Source: Candidatus Omnitrophota bacterium
GTDB taxonomy: Bacteria > Omnitrophota > Gorgyraeia > JABMRG01 > JAFGKX01
NCBI GenBank assembly: GCA_020354945.1
Contig: CP070655.1
Coordinates: forward strand, 983,524-1,006,561
Reading direction: 5' to 3'
DNA: 23,038 nucleotides
Below the pieces are notes generated by a model. The model made no database searches. It was not told where the DNA came from and was given only the letters and a program-made list of their open reading frames with translations. Positions 7,521-16,615 of this stretch are shown piece after piece. How positions within the stretch are numbered: the stretch's first letter is position 1; each line of letters starts with the position of its first letter. Position numbers and translations under genes: made by a program.

Positions 7521-8366
7521 CTATAACCTTACGATTATATTATCAATCAATCTGGTTTTGCCAAAATATACCGCTAATGCAATTAGAATTTTGCCTTTTA
7601 ATCTTTTTACCGGCTTTAAGCCTTTGGCGTCAACAACAGAAATATAATCTATTTGCGCATGGGGAACAGATTTTATCATTTTTCGCATTGTGTGAATTAT
7701 TCTATTTGTATCTCTTGTTCCGGAATTTATCAATCTTTTTGCTCCTTTCAAAGATTTATATAAATTCGCAGCATTTTTTCTATCCATTTTGTTTAAATAT
7801 GTATTTCGTGAACTCATTGCTAAACCGTCTTTTTCCCTTATTATAGGCAATACCTTCAATTTCACATTCATATTTAAATCTTTGACCATTCTATCTACAA
7901 TTATTGCCTGCTGTGCGTCTTTTCCTCCAAAGTATGCAATATCCGGCTCTATAATATTAAATAATTTAGCAACAACCGATACAACTCCTCTAAAATGGGA
8001 AGGCCTTGAGATGCCGCATAAGACCTTGCTCATCTTTTCTACATTAACATAGGCTTGATATCCATTTGGATACATCGATTTGGCAGATGGCGCAAATACT
8101 ATATTTACACTTTCTTCTTCCGCCAGATGTAAATCTCTACTTAACTCTCTCGGATAGCGTAAATAATCTTCACCGGGGCCGAACTGAGCCGGATTGACAA
8201 AGATACTTATTACAACGACATCGCATTCTTTGACTGCCTTTCTTATAAGTGAAAGGTGCCCTTCATGGAAATATCCCATAGTCGGCACAAGGCCTATTGA
8301 TTTACCAGTCTTTTTTGCCTTTCTTATCTGCTTTTTTACCGAATTTATGCTTTTTATTAACTGCAT
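7521..8366 (-). CDS. panC: Pantoate--beta-alanine ligase
   Basis: VPTMGYFHEGH, SIFVNPAQF, SRPSHFRGV, FGGKDAQQ, GLAMSSRN, RLIDN. Confidence 0.97.
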   Translation of the reverse strand: MQLIKSINSVKKQIRKAKKTGKSIGLVPTMGYFHEGHLSLIRKAVKECDVVVISIFVNPAQFGPGEDYLRYPRELSRDLHLAEEESVNIVFAPSAKSMYPNGYQAYVNVEKMSKVLCGISRPSHFRGVVSVVAKLFNIIEPDIAYFGGKDAQQAIIVDRMVKDLNMNVKLKVLPIIREKDGLAMSSRNTYLNKMDRKNAANLYKSLKGAKRLINSGTRDTNRIIHTMRKMIKSVPHAQIDYISVVDAKGLKPVKRLKGKILIALAVYFGKTRLIDNIIVRL

Positions 8367-8439
8367 CCCGCACCTTTTGTTTATTCATCCCACACTTTTT
8401 TGATACTTATCTCTGTATACTTTAAAGGTGCGAGATGCA
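8362..8439. repeat. CATCCCGCACCTTTT repeat element (tandem unit plus inverted arm), copy 1
   Basis: catcccgcaccttttgtttatt (8364-8385), then catcccacactttttt (8386-8401). The inverted arm aaaggtgcgagatgca (8424-8439) pairs with 8362-8377 with one mismatch. Confidence 0.75.
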
Positions 8440-8841
8440 CTGCAATTCCTTCAACGGCCTCATTACAAATTCTCTCTTATACATCCTGGGATGTGGTATT
8501 TTTAAATCGGGGGAATTAATTTTTTCATCACCATAAAGCAAAATATCCAAATCTATTGTGCGGGGGCCGTTTTTAATAGTTTTAACTCTGCCAAGTTCTT
8601 CTTCTATTCTCTTAAGCTGTTTTAATAATTCATGGGGCAGAAGTTTCGTCTTTATTTCAATCGCGCCATTTAGAAATTTATTCTGCGGCGGACCCCCCTC
8701 AGGCTCTGTCTCTATTAAAGACGAAACTCTGGTTACCTCTATACCTTCTATGCCTCCCAGTCTCTTGATAGCTGTATTTATATTTTTGTTTCTATTGCCA
8801 AGATTAGAACCAATACCAAGGTAAACCTTGCTATTTCTCAT
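8422..8841 (-). CDS. folK: 2-amino-4-hydroxy-6-hydroxymethyldihydropteridine diphosphokinase (HPPK)
   Basis: YLGIGSNLG, ETEPEG, FLNGA, IEEELGR, GPRTIDLDILLY, IPHPRM..REFV..PL. Confidence 0.96.
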   Translation of the reverse strand: MRNSKVYLGIGSNLGNRNKNINTAIKRLGGIEGIEVTRVSSLIETEPEGGPPQNKFLNGAIEIKTKLLPHELLKQLKRIEEELGRVKTIKNGPRTIDLDILLYGDEKINSPDLKIPHPRMYKREFVMRPLKELQCISHL

Positions 8842-10000
8842 GCAGCTTCTTTATCCTGCCGACAGCTTCTTTAAGTCTATCTTCTGAAACAGTGAGGGCC
8901 ATGCGAATGTAACCTTCGCCGTTACGGCCAAAACCTATGCCTGGGGTGGTTACTATATCGCACTTTTCCAATAGCATCTTGGAAAACTCAGTTGATGTAG
9001 AACCAGGTGGTACCGGCATCCAGACATAGAATGTTGCCTTTGGCTTAGGAACTTTCCAGCCCAATGCATTTAGACCATCGGCTAAAACATCTCTTCTCGA
9101 TTTATACATCTGACTAAGACTGTTTATATGGCTTTTATCGGTCTTCATTGCTACTATCCCTGCAAACTGCACTGCCTGAAAAATGCCTGAATCTATATTG
9201 GATTTTACTGCGGCTAAAGCTTTTATAATCTCACTGCTGCCTATTGCAAATCCTATTCTCCACCCGGTCATATTATAGGTTTTGGAAAGGGAATGAAATT
9301 CTACTCCGATTTCTTTTGCGCCATCTATCTGAAGAAAGCTCAAAGGCTTACAGCCGTCAAAATAAATTTCAGAATATGCAGCGTCATGGCATACTATTAT
9401 GTTATTCTCTGTAGCAAAATCTACTACCTTTTTAAAAAATTCCTCGTTGGCAATTGCAGCAGTAGGATTATTGGGATAATTTAAAAATATGAGCTTTGCC
9501 CTTTTTGCTACCTGACAGTCTATTTTATCTAAATCCGGAAAAAATCCATTGCTCTCAAGCATAGGCACAATATGGCAGACCCCGCCTGCAAATATAGTGC
9601 CCGATATATAAGGCGGATAACAAGGGTCAGGTATAATGGCTTCATCCCCTGGATTTATAAAGGCAAGGGGTATATGGGCAATGCCTTCCTTTGATCCTAT
9701 AAGTGGTAATATTTCTGTGTCAGGGTTAAGTTTAACTTGAAACCTTTTCTTGTACCAGCTGGCCATTTCATTGCGTAGCAGTGGCATTCCATAATTTAAT
9801 GCATAACGATGATTAGCCGGGTTTTGAGCCGATTCATATAAACTTTCAATTATATGGATAGGGGTAGGCATATCAGGATCTCCCACACCTAAATCTATTA
9901 TATCCCTGCCGTTGACAATTGCCTCTTTTTTCATTCTGTCAATCTCCGCAAAAAGATAAGGAGGCAAATTCTTTAACCTTTGCGAAATCTCTATTTTCAT
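8831..10000 (-). CDS. dapL: LL-diaminopimelate aminotransferase (class I/II PLP enzyme)
   Basis: LPPYLFAEID, DLGVGDPD, IGSKEGIAH, NYPNNPT, HDAAY, SLSKTYNMTGWRIG. Context dapF-dapA-dapB with no dapD/dapE. ATG 10000 preferred over GTG 10006 (SD GAGGAG at 10011-10006). Confidence 0.85.
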   Translation of the reverse strand: MKIEISQRLKNLPPYLFAEIDRMKKEAIVNGRDIIDLGVGDPDMPTPIHIIESLYESAQNPANHRYALNYGMPLLRNEMASWYKKRFQVKLNPDTEILPLIGSKEGIAHIPLAFINPGDEAIIPDPCYPPYISGTIFAGGVCHIVPMLESNGFFPDLDKIDCQVAKRAKLIFLNYPNNPTAAIANEEFFKKVVDFATENNIIVCHDAAYSEIYFDGCKPLSFLQIDGAKEIGVEFHSLSKTYNMTGWRIGFAIGSSEIIKALAAVKSNIDSGIFQAVQFAGIVAMKTDKSHINSLSQMYKSRRDVLADGLNALGWKVPKPKATFYVWMPVPPGSTSTEFSKMLLEKCDIVTTPGIGFGRNGEGYIRMALTVSEDRLKEAVGRIKKLHEK

Positions 10001-10012
10001 TCTCACTCCTCT

Positions 10013-10109
10013 GTTTTCGAGTTTTTAATTTTCCCTTCGGCGAGGCGTCCCGAGTATGCCGAGGGAGAATTTTGTATTCCTGCCTGCCGGCAGGCAGGCT
10101 GAATTTTTA
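10013..10109. repeat. Composite repeat: degenerate AATTTTN heptamer tract interrupted by two GC-rich palindromes
   Basis: Hairpin ccttcggc(10034-10041)...gccgaggg(10058-10065) and a perfect 20-bp palindrome cctgcctgccggcaggcagg (10079-10098), embedded in agttttt/aattttc/aattttg/tatt|ctg/aattttt units. Confidence 0.7.
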
Positions 10110-10913
10110 TTATATCCCTCCCAGCACATCCTGCATATTATAAAGTTTAGGAGATTTGTCGATAATATATCTACAGGCCCGTAAAGCCCCCATGGCAAAC
10201 GCATCTCTTGAATGGGCCCTATGGGTTATTTCTATCCTCTCATTTTGGCCGGCAAATATGACCGTATGGTCACCTATAATGTCTCCTGCCCTAACAGCAT
10301 GGATTCCAATCTCATCTTTAGGACGCTTCCCGATGCTGCCTTCTCTTCCATAGACTAATCGATATTTTTTGCTTTTGCCTTTTGCCTGTAAGATTTCACC
10401 AACCAAACGTTTAGCAGTGCCGCTGGGCGCGTCTTTCTTTTGGTTATGGTGAGCTTCTATTATTTCAATATCGTAATCTCCGCCTAAATCGCGGGCAACA
10501 CTACCGATTATATTAAAGACCATATTAACACCAATGCTCATGTTGGGAGATAACAATATAGGAATAGAAGACGAAGCTGTTTTTACAATTCTCATTTCTT
10601 CATCAGTTAAACCGGTGGTTCCTATTACAATGGGCTTATGGGCTGCTTTGGCCTGATTTACATTATTTATCGTAGATAACGGGGTAGTAAAATCCACTAT
10701 TACATCGCCTTTTCCTATTATATTCGAGATATCGTCAGTTATAGAAATATCTAATTTGCCAATACCACAGACGCTGCCTGCATCCTTACCTATGTCCGGA
10801 TGGGTCTTTCTTTCAGTAGCTCCGGCAACAGAAAAGTTCTTTAATTCCGAAGCTAAACAAACAAGCCTTTTGCCCATCCTGCCGCAACAACCGGTAATTA
10901 TTAATTTAATCAT
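10110..10913 (-). CDS. dapB: 4-hydroxy-tetrahydrodipicolinate reductase
   Basis: GCCGRMG, VDFTTP, VIGTTG, PNMSIGVN, EAHHNQKKDAPSGTA, RAGDIIGDH. ATG 10913 preferred (SD GAGGTG at 10925-10920). Confidence 0.97.
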   Translation of the reverse strand: MIKLIITGCCGRMGKRLVCLASELKNFSVAGATERKTHPDIGKDAGSVCGIGKLDISITDDISNIIGKGDVIVDFTTPLSTINNVNQAKAAHKPIVIGTTGLTDEEMRIVKTASSSIPILLSPNMSIGVNMVFNIIGSVARDLGGDYDIEIIEAHHNQKKDAPSGTAKRLVGEILQAKGKSKKYRLVYGREGSIGKRPKDEIGIHAVRAGDIIGDHTVIFAGQNERIEITHRAHSRDAFAMGALRACRYIIDKSPKLYNMQDVLGGI

Positions 10914-10933
10914 AGATATCACCTCTGTTTTAA

Positions 10934-10978
10934 TTGTCAGTTATCAGTTGTCAGCAGTCAACAGCCGAAAACTGAAAA
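10934..10978. repeat. Converging heptamer array (TTRTCAG / CTGAAAA family)
   Basis: ttgtcag ttatcag ttgtcag (10934-10954) ... ccgaaaa ctgaaaa (10965-10978), abutting the dapA stop codon at 10979. Confidence 0.75.
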
Positions 10979-11851
10979 CTACTTAATCAGCTTATATTCT
11001 TTCAACACCTTCTTTAATTTCTCAACATTGGCCTCCGACATAGCGCACATTGGAAGCCGCAAAGTAGGTTCAATCATTCTCATAAGCCCCATAGATGTTT
11101 TAACCGGAATCGGATTGGTTTCGATAAACATCGCATTTACCAATGGCATCAATTTATAATAATAATCTCTTGCCTGTTTAAAATCGCCTTTTTTATGCGC
11201 TGTTATCATCTCAGAAACATCCTTTGGCACAATATTAGCTACTACTGAGATAACACCACAGCCGCCGATTGCGAGTAAAGGCAAGGTAAGCGCATCATCG
11301 CCTGAAATCAAGTCAAAATTTTCACCGCATAGTCTTTTAATCTCCGCCATTTGTTTTAGATTTCCGCTTGCCTCTTTTACTCCGACTGCATTTTTCAATT
11401 TTGCTATTCTTGCCATTGTTGCCGGTGTAATATTTATTCCGGTTCGAGAAGCGATATTATATACAACGAGGGGAATACCTACACTATCTAATACCTTAAA
11501 ATGCTGGTATATGCCTTCCTGGGTGGGCTTGTTATAATATGGAGTAATAATCAGGGCGCCGTCAGCTCCTGCTTCTTTAGCGTGTCTGGTAAATTCGAGG
11601 GCTTCTGCGGTATTATTGGAACCGGTGCCAGGAACAACCTTCGTTTTTCCTCTGGCCTCATCTATAACAATATCTATTACCCTTTCATGCTCTTGGAGCG
11701 AAAGCGTTGCAGACTCCCCGGTAGTACCGCATGGTACTAAAACATCGGTTCCATTCTCAATTTGAAATCTTACAAGTTTTCTTAATGCCTCCTCATCTAT
11801 CTTTTCACCCTTAAATGGCGTAACTAAAGCAACCATCGAACCTTTGAACAT
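10979..11851 (-). CDS. dapA: 4-hydroxy-tetrahydrodipicolinate synthase
   Basis: ALVTPF, CGTTGESATL, GTGSNNT, TPYYNKP, YNIASRT, GVKEASG, SGDD, ETNPIPVK. Confidence 0.98.
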   Translation of the reverse strand: MFKGSMVALVTPFKGEKIDEEALRKLVRFQIENGTDVLVPCGTTGESATLSLQEHERVIDIVIDEARGKTKVVPGTGSNNTAEALEFTRHAKEAGADGALIITPYYNKPTQEGIYQHFKVLDSVGIPLVVYNIASRTGINITPATMARIAKLKNAVGVKEASGNLKQMAEIKRLCGENFDLISGDDALTLPLLAIGGCGVISVVANIVPKDVSEMITAHKKGDFKQARDYYYKLMPLVNAMFIETNPIPVKTSMGLMRMIEPTLRLPMCAMSEANVEKLKKVLKEYKLIK

Positions 11852-11862
11852 ATGGCCTCCTT

Positions 11863-12657
11863 TTAATTAAATATCTTCCCTTCAAACACAACCTGCGCTT
11901 CACCTTCTAAAAACACACCTTTAAATTTGTGGTTTTGTTTCCTAAAATATATTTTTAGCAAACCGCCTCTGGTATAAACCTTGATCGGAGATTTTATCGC
12001 TTTTATTATGCTGGATATAATTGCAGAGGCAACCGCGCCTGTGCCACATGCCAGGGTTTCTGTTTCAACCCCTCTTTCATATGTCCTTATATTAAGGGCG
12101 CCTTTGCCTGTTGTACTTATGAAATTGGCATTGGCCCCTTTGGGTTTAAACAGAGGATGATACCTCATCTTTCTGCCAAGATTATAAACATCTACATTTT
12201 TTAAATCATCAACATAATAAACCAGATGTGGCACGCCGGTATTTATATAATGAACTTGATAATTTTTCCCATCAATACCGATATCAAGACCTAACTTAAC
12301 AGATTGAGGTTCTGCCATATTGATTTTGACTTTATCTTTTGTAACTTTTGCGTTAAGGATTCCGGTTTTGGTTTCAATAGACATATTAGCCGGAGCGATC
12401 TTATTTTTATGCGCAAAGACAGCAATGCATCGTAAACCATTTCCGCACATCTCAGGCTCTGAGCCGTCAGGATTAAATATGCGCATTCTGAAATCGCTCT
12501 TTTTTGATTTTTCCAGTAACAGGAGTCCATCTGCGCCTATGCCGAATCTCCTATCGCATAATTTCCTCGCCAACTTCGGCAAACTGACAACTGACTTATC
12601 AATCACCACAAAATCGTTGCCTGTAGCCTGCATTTTGGTAAATCTTAGCTGTTTCAT
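11863..12657 (-). CDS. dapF: Diaminopimelate epimerase
   Basis: FTKMQATGNDF, GIGADG, NPDGSEPEMCGNG, GVPH, ERGVETETLACGTG (both catalytic Cys present). Confidence 0.98.
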   Translation of the reverse strand: MKQLRFTKMQATGNDFVVIDKSVVSLPKLARKLCDRRFGIGADGLLLLEKSKKSDFRMRIFNPDGSEPEMCGNGLRCIAVFAHKNKIAPANMSIETKTGILNAKVTKDKVKINMAEPQSVKLGLDIGIDGKNYQVHYINTGVPHLVYYVDDLKNVDVYNLGRKMRYHPLFKPKGANANFISTTGKGALNIRTYERGVETETLACGTGAVASAIISSIIKAIKSPIKVYTRGGLLKIYFRKQNHKFKGVFLEGEAQVVFEGKIFN

Positions 12658-13955
12658 ATCTTTTTCATGCTGGAGGGTGGCACCTTGGAGGACGTCCCCA
12701 ATATTCGAGGAATGGACTCTCCCCTGATAAGGTCTTGGTAGGTTTCCCTGCGACGGACTATATAATATCTTCCTTTGATTACCATCGCCTCAGCTGCTCT
12801 GGGACGTGCATTATAATTACTGGACATTGAAAAACCATACGCTCCGGTACCCATGATAGCCAAAAGGTCGCCTTCTTCTACCTTTGGCAATCTTCTATTT
12901 TTCGCAAGGTAATCTGCACTTTCGCATATAGGCCCTACCACATCTGTTTTTATAAAAGTCTCAACTTTACCCAAACGCCTCAAGGGGAGTATCTCATGAT
13001 ATGCGTCATATAAAGCAGGCCTTATAAGGTCATTCATGCCTGCATCTACAATGATAAACCTTCTTCTCGGAGTCTTTTTGACATATAATACTCTGGTTAT
13101 AAGCACGCCGCTATTTCCGGAGATAAATCTTCCTGGCTCAAGTATAACCTTAACTTTTAATTTCTTTAATATAGGAAGGATTGCTCTGGCATATTCTTTG
13201 GCTGTCTGTGGACGTTCTTTAGAATAGATAATGCCCATCCCGCCTCCTATATTTATGTAATTTATAGATATGCCTTTATCCCTTAAATTTTTTATAAAGG
13301 GGGCTATTTTACGCAAGGCATTTACAAAAGGGGCCTTATTGGTTATCTGGGAACCGATATGCATATGCAATCCAATAATGTCAAGGTGGGGAAAGGCATT
13401 CCTTTTTGCAAATATTTCCCCGGCTGTACTAAAATCTAAACCAAATTTGCTCTCACTAATTCCTGTGGTTACAAAACGATGGGTCCGGGGCCTAATACCG
13501 GGATTAATGCGTAGTGAAATTTTTGTTCTTCTATTAAGCCTTTTGCAGAGATTTTCAATGATTACCAGCTCTGAAGCCGATTCCACATTAAAAAACAATA
13601 TCCCCTTCTTTATGGCCGTATCTATTTCCATGGCTGTTTTGCCTACACTGGCATAAACTATTTTTTCAGGTTTAGCCCCTATCTTAAGGGCCTTATATAA
13701 CTCTCCCCCGGAAACTATGTCAAGACCGGCCCCTTCTTTTACCAATGCCCGACAGACAGTTAGATTAGAATTAGACTTCATAGAAAAACATATAAGCGGC
13801 TTTACTGGGGCAAACGCCCTTTTTATTTTTCTATAATGATCCAGTAATGTGGCATAGCTATAAAGATAAAAAGGTGTTTCTACCTTGTGAGCAATATCTT
13901 CTATCTTTACTGTTTCGCAGTATAAATTATTATTTTTGTACAGGAATCGGTGCAT
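12654..13955 (-). CDS. lysA: Diaminopimelate decarboxylase
   Basis: PLP lysine in FSMKSN, DIVSGGE, HMHIGSQ, NIGGG, EPGR, GPICESAD, GAYG.SMSSNYN. ATG 13955 (MHRFLY, SD GGAG) preferred over TTG 13967. Confidence 0.97.
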   Translation of the reverse strand: MHRFLYKNNNLYCETVKIEDIAHKVETPFYLYSYATLLDHYRKIKRAFAPVKPLICFSMKSNSNLTVCRALVKEGAGLDIVSGGELYKALKIGAKPEKIVYASVGKTAMEIDTAIKKGILFFNVESASELVIIENLCKRLNRRTKISLRINPGIRPRTHRFVTTGISESKFGLDFSTAGEIFAKRNAFPHLDIIGLHMHIGSQITNKAPFVNALRKIAPFIKNLRDKGISINYINIGGGMGIIYSKERPQTAKEYARAILPILKKLKVKVILEPGRFISGNSGVLITRVLYVKKTPRRRFIIVDAGMNDLIRPALYDAYHEILPLRRLGKVETFIKTDVVGPICESADYLAKNRRLPKVEEGDLLAIMGTGAYGFSMSSNYNARPRAAEAMVIKGRYYIVRRRETYQDLIRGESIPRILGTSSKVPPSSMKKI

Positions 13956-13971
13956 TTCATTCTCCAAAATT

Positions 13972-15354
13972 CTAAGCTCTTAGCTTCTTCTCCCACTTAG
14001 CAATCTGCTGTCTGACCAGTAAAGGATTGGTGCTGCCCATGGATTTTTTCAGCATAACCGACCTTTTGGCATTAAAGACTTTAAATATGTCCTCAGCGAA
14101 AATCTTAGTGAATTTTTTCAGTTCATTTATACTAAGTTCCGACAGTTTTTTCTTTTTATTTTCGGCATAGCTTATTATCCTGCCGACTAAATTGTGGGCT
14201 TGGTGAAACGGTATTCCCTTCCTTACCAGATAATCTGCTATATCCACCGCATAAATAGTATCATCACTCGCCAGTGCCGATTCTATTTTCTCTCTATTTA
14301 CTTTAATTGTCTTGAAGATTCCCGCCAATATTTTAAGGCAATACGAGGTATCTTTAATCGAATTAAACAGAGGTTTTTTATCAAACTGCATATCCCTATT
14401 ATAAGAAATGGGCAAGCCCTTCATCATAACTAACACAGAAATTAAATCTGCATATATCTTCGCCGCTGTAGCCCTTATAAGCTCTAAGCTGTCGGGATTT
14501 TTCTTCTGGGGCATTATACTTGAACCTGTGCAATAATTTTCGGCTATATCTAAAAAACCTAAATCGCTGCATGAATAAAATATTAAATCCTGGCAAATCC
14601 TGGACATATGCATCGCTAAAATACTCAAAGTAGAAAGTATCTCAATAACAAAATCTCTGCTCGCTACTGCGTCTATGCTGTTGGCTGAGACTTTAGAAAA
14701 ACCCAATAATTTAGCTACATATTCCCTATCGATAGCCAATCCTGTACCGGCCATGGCGCAGCTGCCCAAGGGCATCTCATCGACTCTTTCATATGCAGAT
14801 TCCAACCTCTGTTTGTCTCTATCAAGCATATTGACATAAGCCAATATTTGGTGCGACACCAATATAGGAACAGCATGCTGGGTATGAGTATAGCCAGGCA
14901 TAACTACATCTATATACTTTTTTGCAAAACCTGCCAATGCAACTTGCAGTTTAGTTAATAATACGATTATTGATTTAAGATTATCTTTGCAATACATCTT
15001 AAGGTCCAGAACTACCAAATCGTTTCTACTTCTTGCTGTATGCAGATAATCCGCTTGTTTGCCTATTCTCTTAGAAAGGGCAATAAGCACGGCTGTATGC
15101 ACATCTTCCGCATTAGGGTCTATTTTTAATTTTCCCTGCTGGTAATCTTTCAGCATAGCCGATAAGGCCTTTTCAATAGAAGCGGCTTCCTTTTTAGGTA
15201 TAATATTGCATTTAGAAAGCATCTTAACATGGGCTATGCTCCCCTTTATATCATATTCAAGTAAAACTTTATCGCAATCTAAGGAACCGGAAAATTGCCA
15301 GAAGTCAGGATCTATTTCTTCTTTAAATCTTCCGCCCCACATCTTTTTAGCCAT
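13972..15354 (-). CDS. argH: Argininosuccinate lyase
   Basis: MWGGRF, EDVH, LHTARSRND, MPGYTH, TGSSIMPQKKNPD, YNRDMQ. Confidence 0.98.
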   Translation of the reverse strand: MAKKMWGGRFKEEIDPDFWQFSGSLDCDKVLLEYDIKGSIAHVKMLSKCNIIPKKEAASIEKALSAMLKDYQQGKLKIDPNAEDVHTAVLIALSKRIGKQADYLHTARSRNDLVVLDLKMYCKDNLKSIIVLLTKLQVALAGFAKKYIDVVMPGYTHTQHAVPILVSHQILAYVNMLDRDKQRLESAYERVDEMPLGSCAMAGTGLAIDREYVAKLLGFSKVSANSIDAVASRDFVIEILSTLSILAMHMSRICQDLIFYSCSDLGFLDIAENYCTGSSIMPQKKNPDSLELIRATAAKIYADLISVLVMMKGLPISYNRDMQFDKKPLFNSIKDTSYCLKILAGIFKTIKVNREKIESALASDDTIYAVDIADYLVRKGIPFHQAHNLVGRIISYAENKKKKLSELSINELKKFTKIFAEDIFKVFNAKRSVMLKKSMGSTNPLLVRQQIAKWEKKLRA

Positions 15355-15372
15355 CGAAAGACTCCTCGTTTG

Positions 15373-15436
15373 TTCGTAGTTATGAGTTCTGTGTCCGGTG
15401 ACATAAATCTCCGAACTACGAACTCCGAACTCCGAA
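15373..15436. repeat. Converging heptamer array (TTCGKAG / CTMCGAA family)
   Basis: ttcgtag ttatgag ttctgtg tccggtg (15373-15400), 8-nt spacer, ctccgaa ctacgaa ctccgaa ctccgaa (15409-15436), abutting the argG stop codon at 15437. Confidence 0.8.
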
Positions 15437-16606
15437 TTATTTCCTATACGGCATTCCCCATATCTTTATAAATCCTTCTGCCAGCTTTTTGTCAAACTTA
15501 TCTTTTTCGGAATATGTAGCCAGTTCTTCCTTATAAAGTGAATACTCCGAAGTTCTTGCAACAGGAACGCATGAGCCTTTATATAGCTTGAGTTTAACTT
15601 CACCCGTTACATTCTGCTGGGTAGAAAGAATAAAACCATCTAATGCCTTTTTCAAAGGAGAATGCCATAATCCATAGTATATGAGCTCCGAATATTTTCC
15701 CCCGATAATCTTTTTAAAGTGCAGCAGTTCTCTATCGAGCACCAGTGCCTCAAGTTCTTTATGGGCAGTATGTAAAATAAAAGCAGCCGGCGCTTCGTAA
15801 ACCTCTCTCGATTTTATACCAATAAGTCTATTCTCTATCATATCTGACCTTCCGACACCATACGCAGCGCCTATTTTAGTCAGCTTTTTTATAAGGCCGA
15901 TTTCAGAATACTTTTTTTTGTCTAAAGTTGTTGGTTCACCATTTCTAAATCCTACTGTTAGATAAGCAGGTTTTGAAGGCGTTAATTTCGCTGACTTTGT
16001 AATTTTATAAGCATTCTCCGGCGGTTCAAAAGCCGGGTCTTCTAAAACTCCGCATTCAATACTTACTCCCCAAAGATTCTGATCGAGACTGTATGGACTT
16101 TTTTTGGTTGCAGCGACAGGAATCTTATGCATCTTGGCATATCTTACCTGGGCCTCTCTTGATGGGAAATCCCATTCTCTTACCGGCGCGACTACTTTTA
16201 AATCTTTGGCTAATGCCGCTACCGAAACCTCTATCCTTACCTGGTCATTTCCTTTACCGGTGCACCCATGCGCTACGAATTTGGTCTTTTCTTTCTTTGC
16301 CACAGCTACAAGTTTTTCTGCAATCAGAGGCCTTGATAGGGCAGTTGCCAGGAAATATTTATCTTCATATACGGCATTTGCTTTCAGCGCCGGATAAATA
16401 TAGTCTGTTATGAATTCTTTTTTTGCGTCTATTATATAGACACCAGACGCGCCTATTTTTTTGGCCTTTTCTCTGGCTAAAGCTTTATTGCTTACCTGGC
16501 CGATGTCCACCAGGCAGGCAATGACATTAAAGCCCTTCTCCTTCAACCATCTAATGGCTATAGAGGTATCGAGCCCTCCTGAATACGCAAGGATTATTTT
16601 TTTCAT
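15437..16606 (-). CDS. argG: Argininosuccinate synthase
   Basis: LAYSGGLDTS, TALSRP, HGCTGKGNDQVR, YSLDQNLWG, ENRLIGIKSREVYEAP. Confidence 0.98.
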   Translation of the reverse strand: MKKIILAYSGGLDTSIAIRWLKEKGFNVIACLVDIGQVSNKALAREKAKKIGASGVYIIDAKKEFITDYIYPALKANAVYEDKYFLATALSRPLIAEKLVAVAKKEKTKFVAHGCTGKGNDQVRIEVSVAALAKDLKVVAPVREWDFPSREAQVRYAKMHKIPVAATKKSPYSLDQNLWGVSIECGVLEDPAFEPPENAYKITKSAKLTPSKPAYLTVGFRNGEPTTLDKKKYSEIGLIKKLTKIGAAYGVGRSDMIENRLIGIKSREVYEAPAAFILHTAHKELEALVLDRELLHFKKIIGGKYSELIYYGLWHSPLKKALDGFILSTQQNVTGEVKLKLYKGSCVPVARTSEYSLYKEELATYSEKDKFDKKLAEGFIKIWGMPYRK

Positions 16607-16615
16607 AATTCACCT

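Noticed and set aside
9919-10143. 74-aa plus-strand ORF crossing the dapL-dapB gap
   Set aside because: It is only a translation of the palindromic repeats (…CLPAGR…) and overlaps both flanking genes in antisense.
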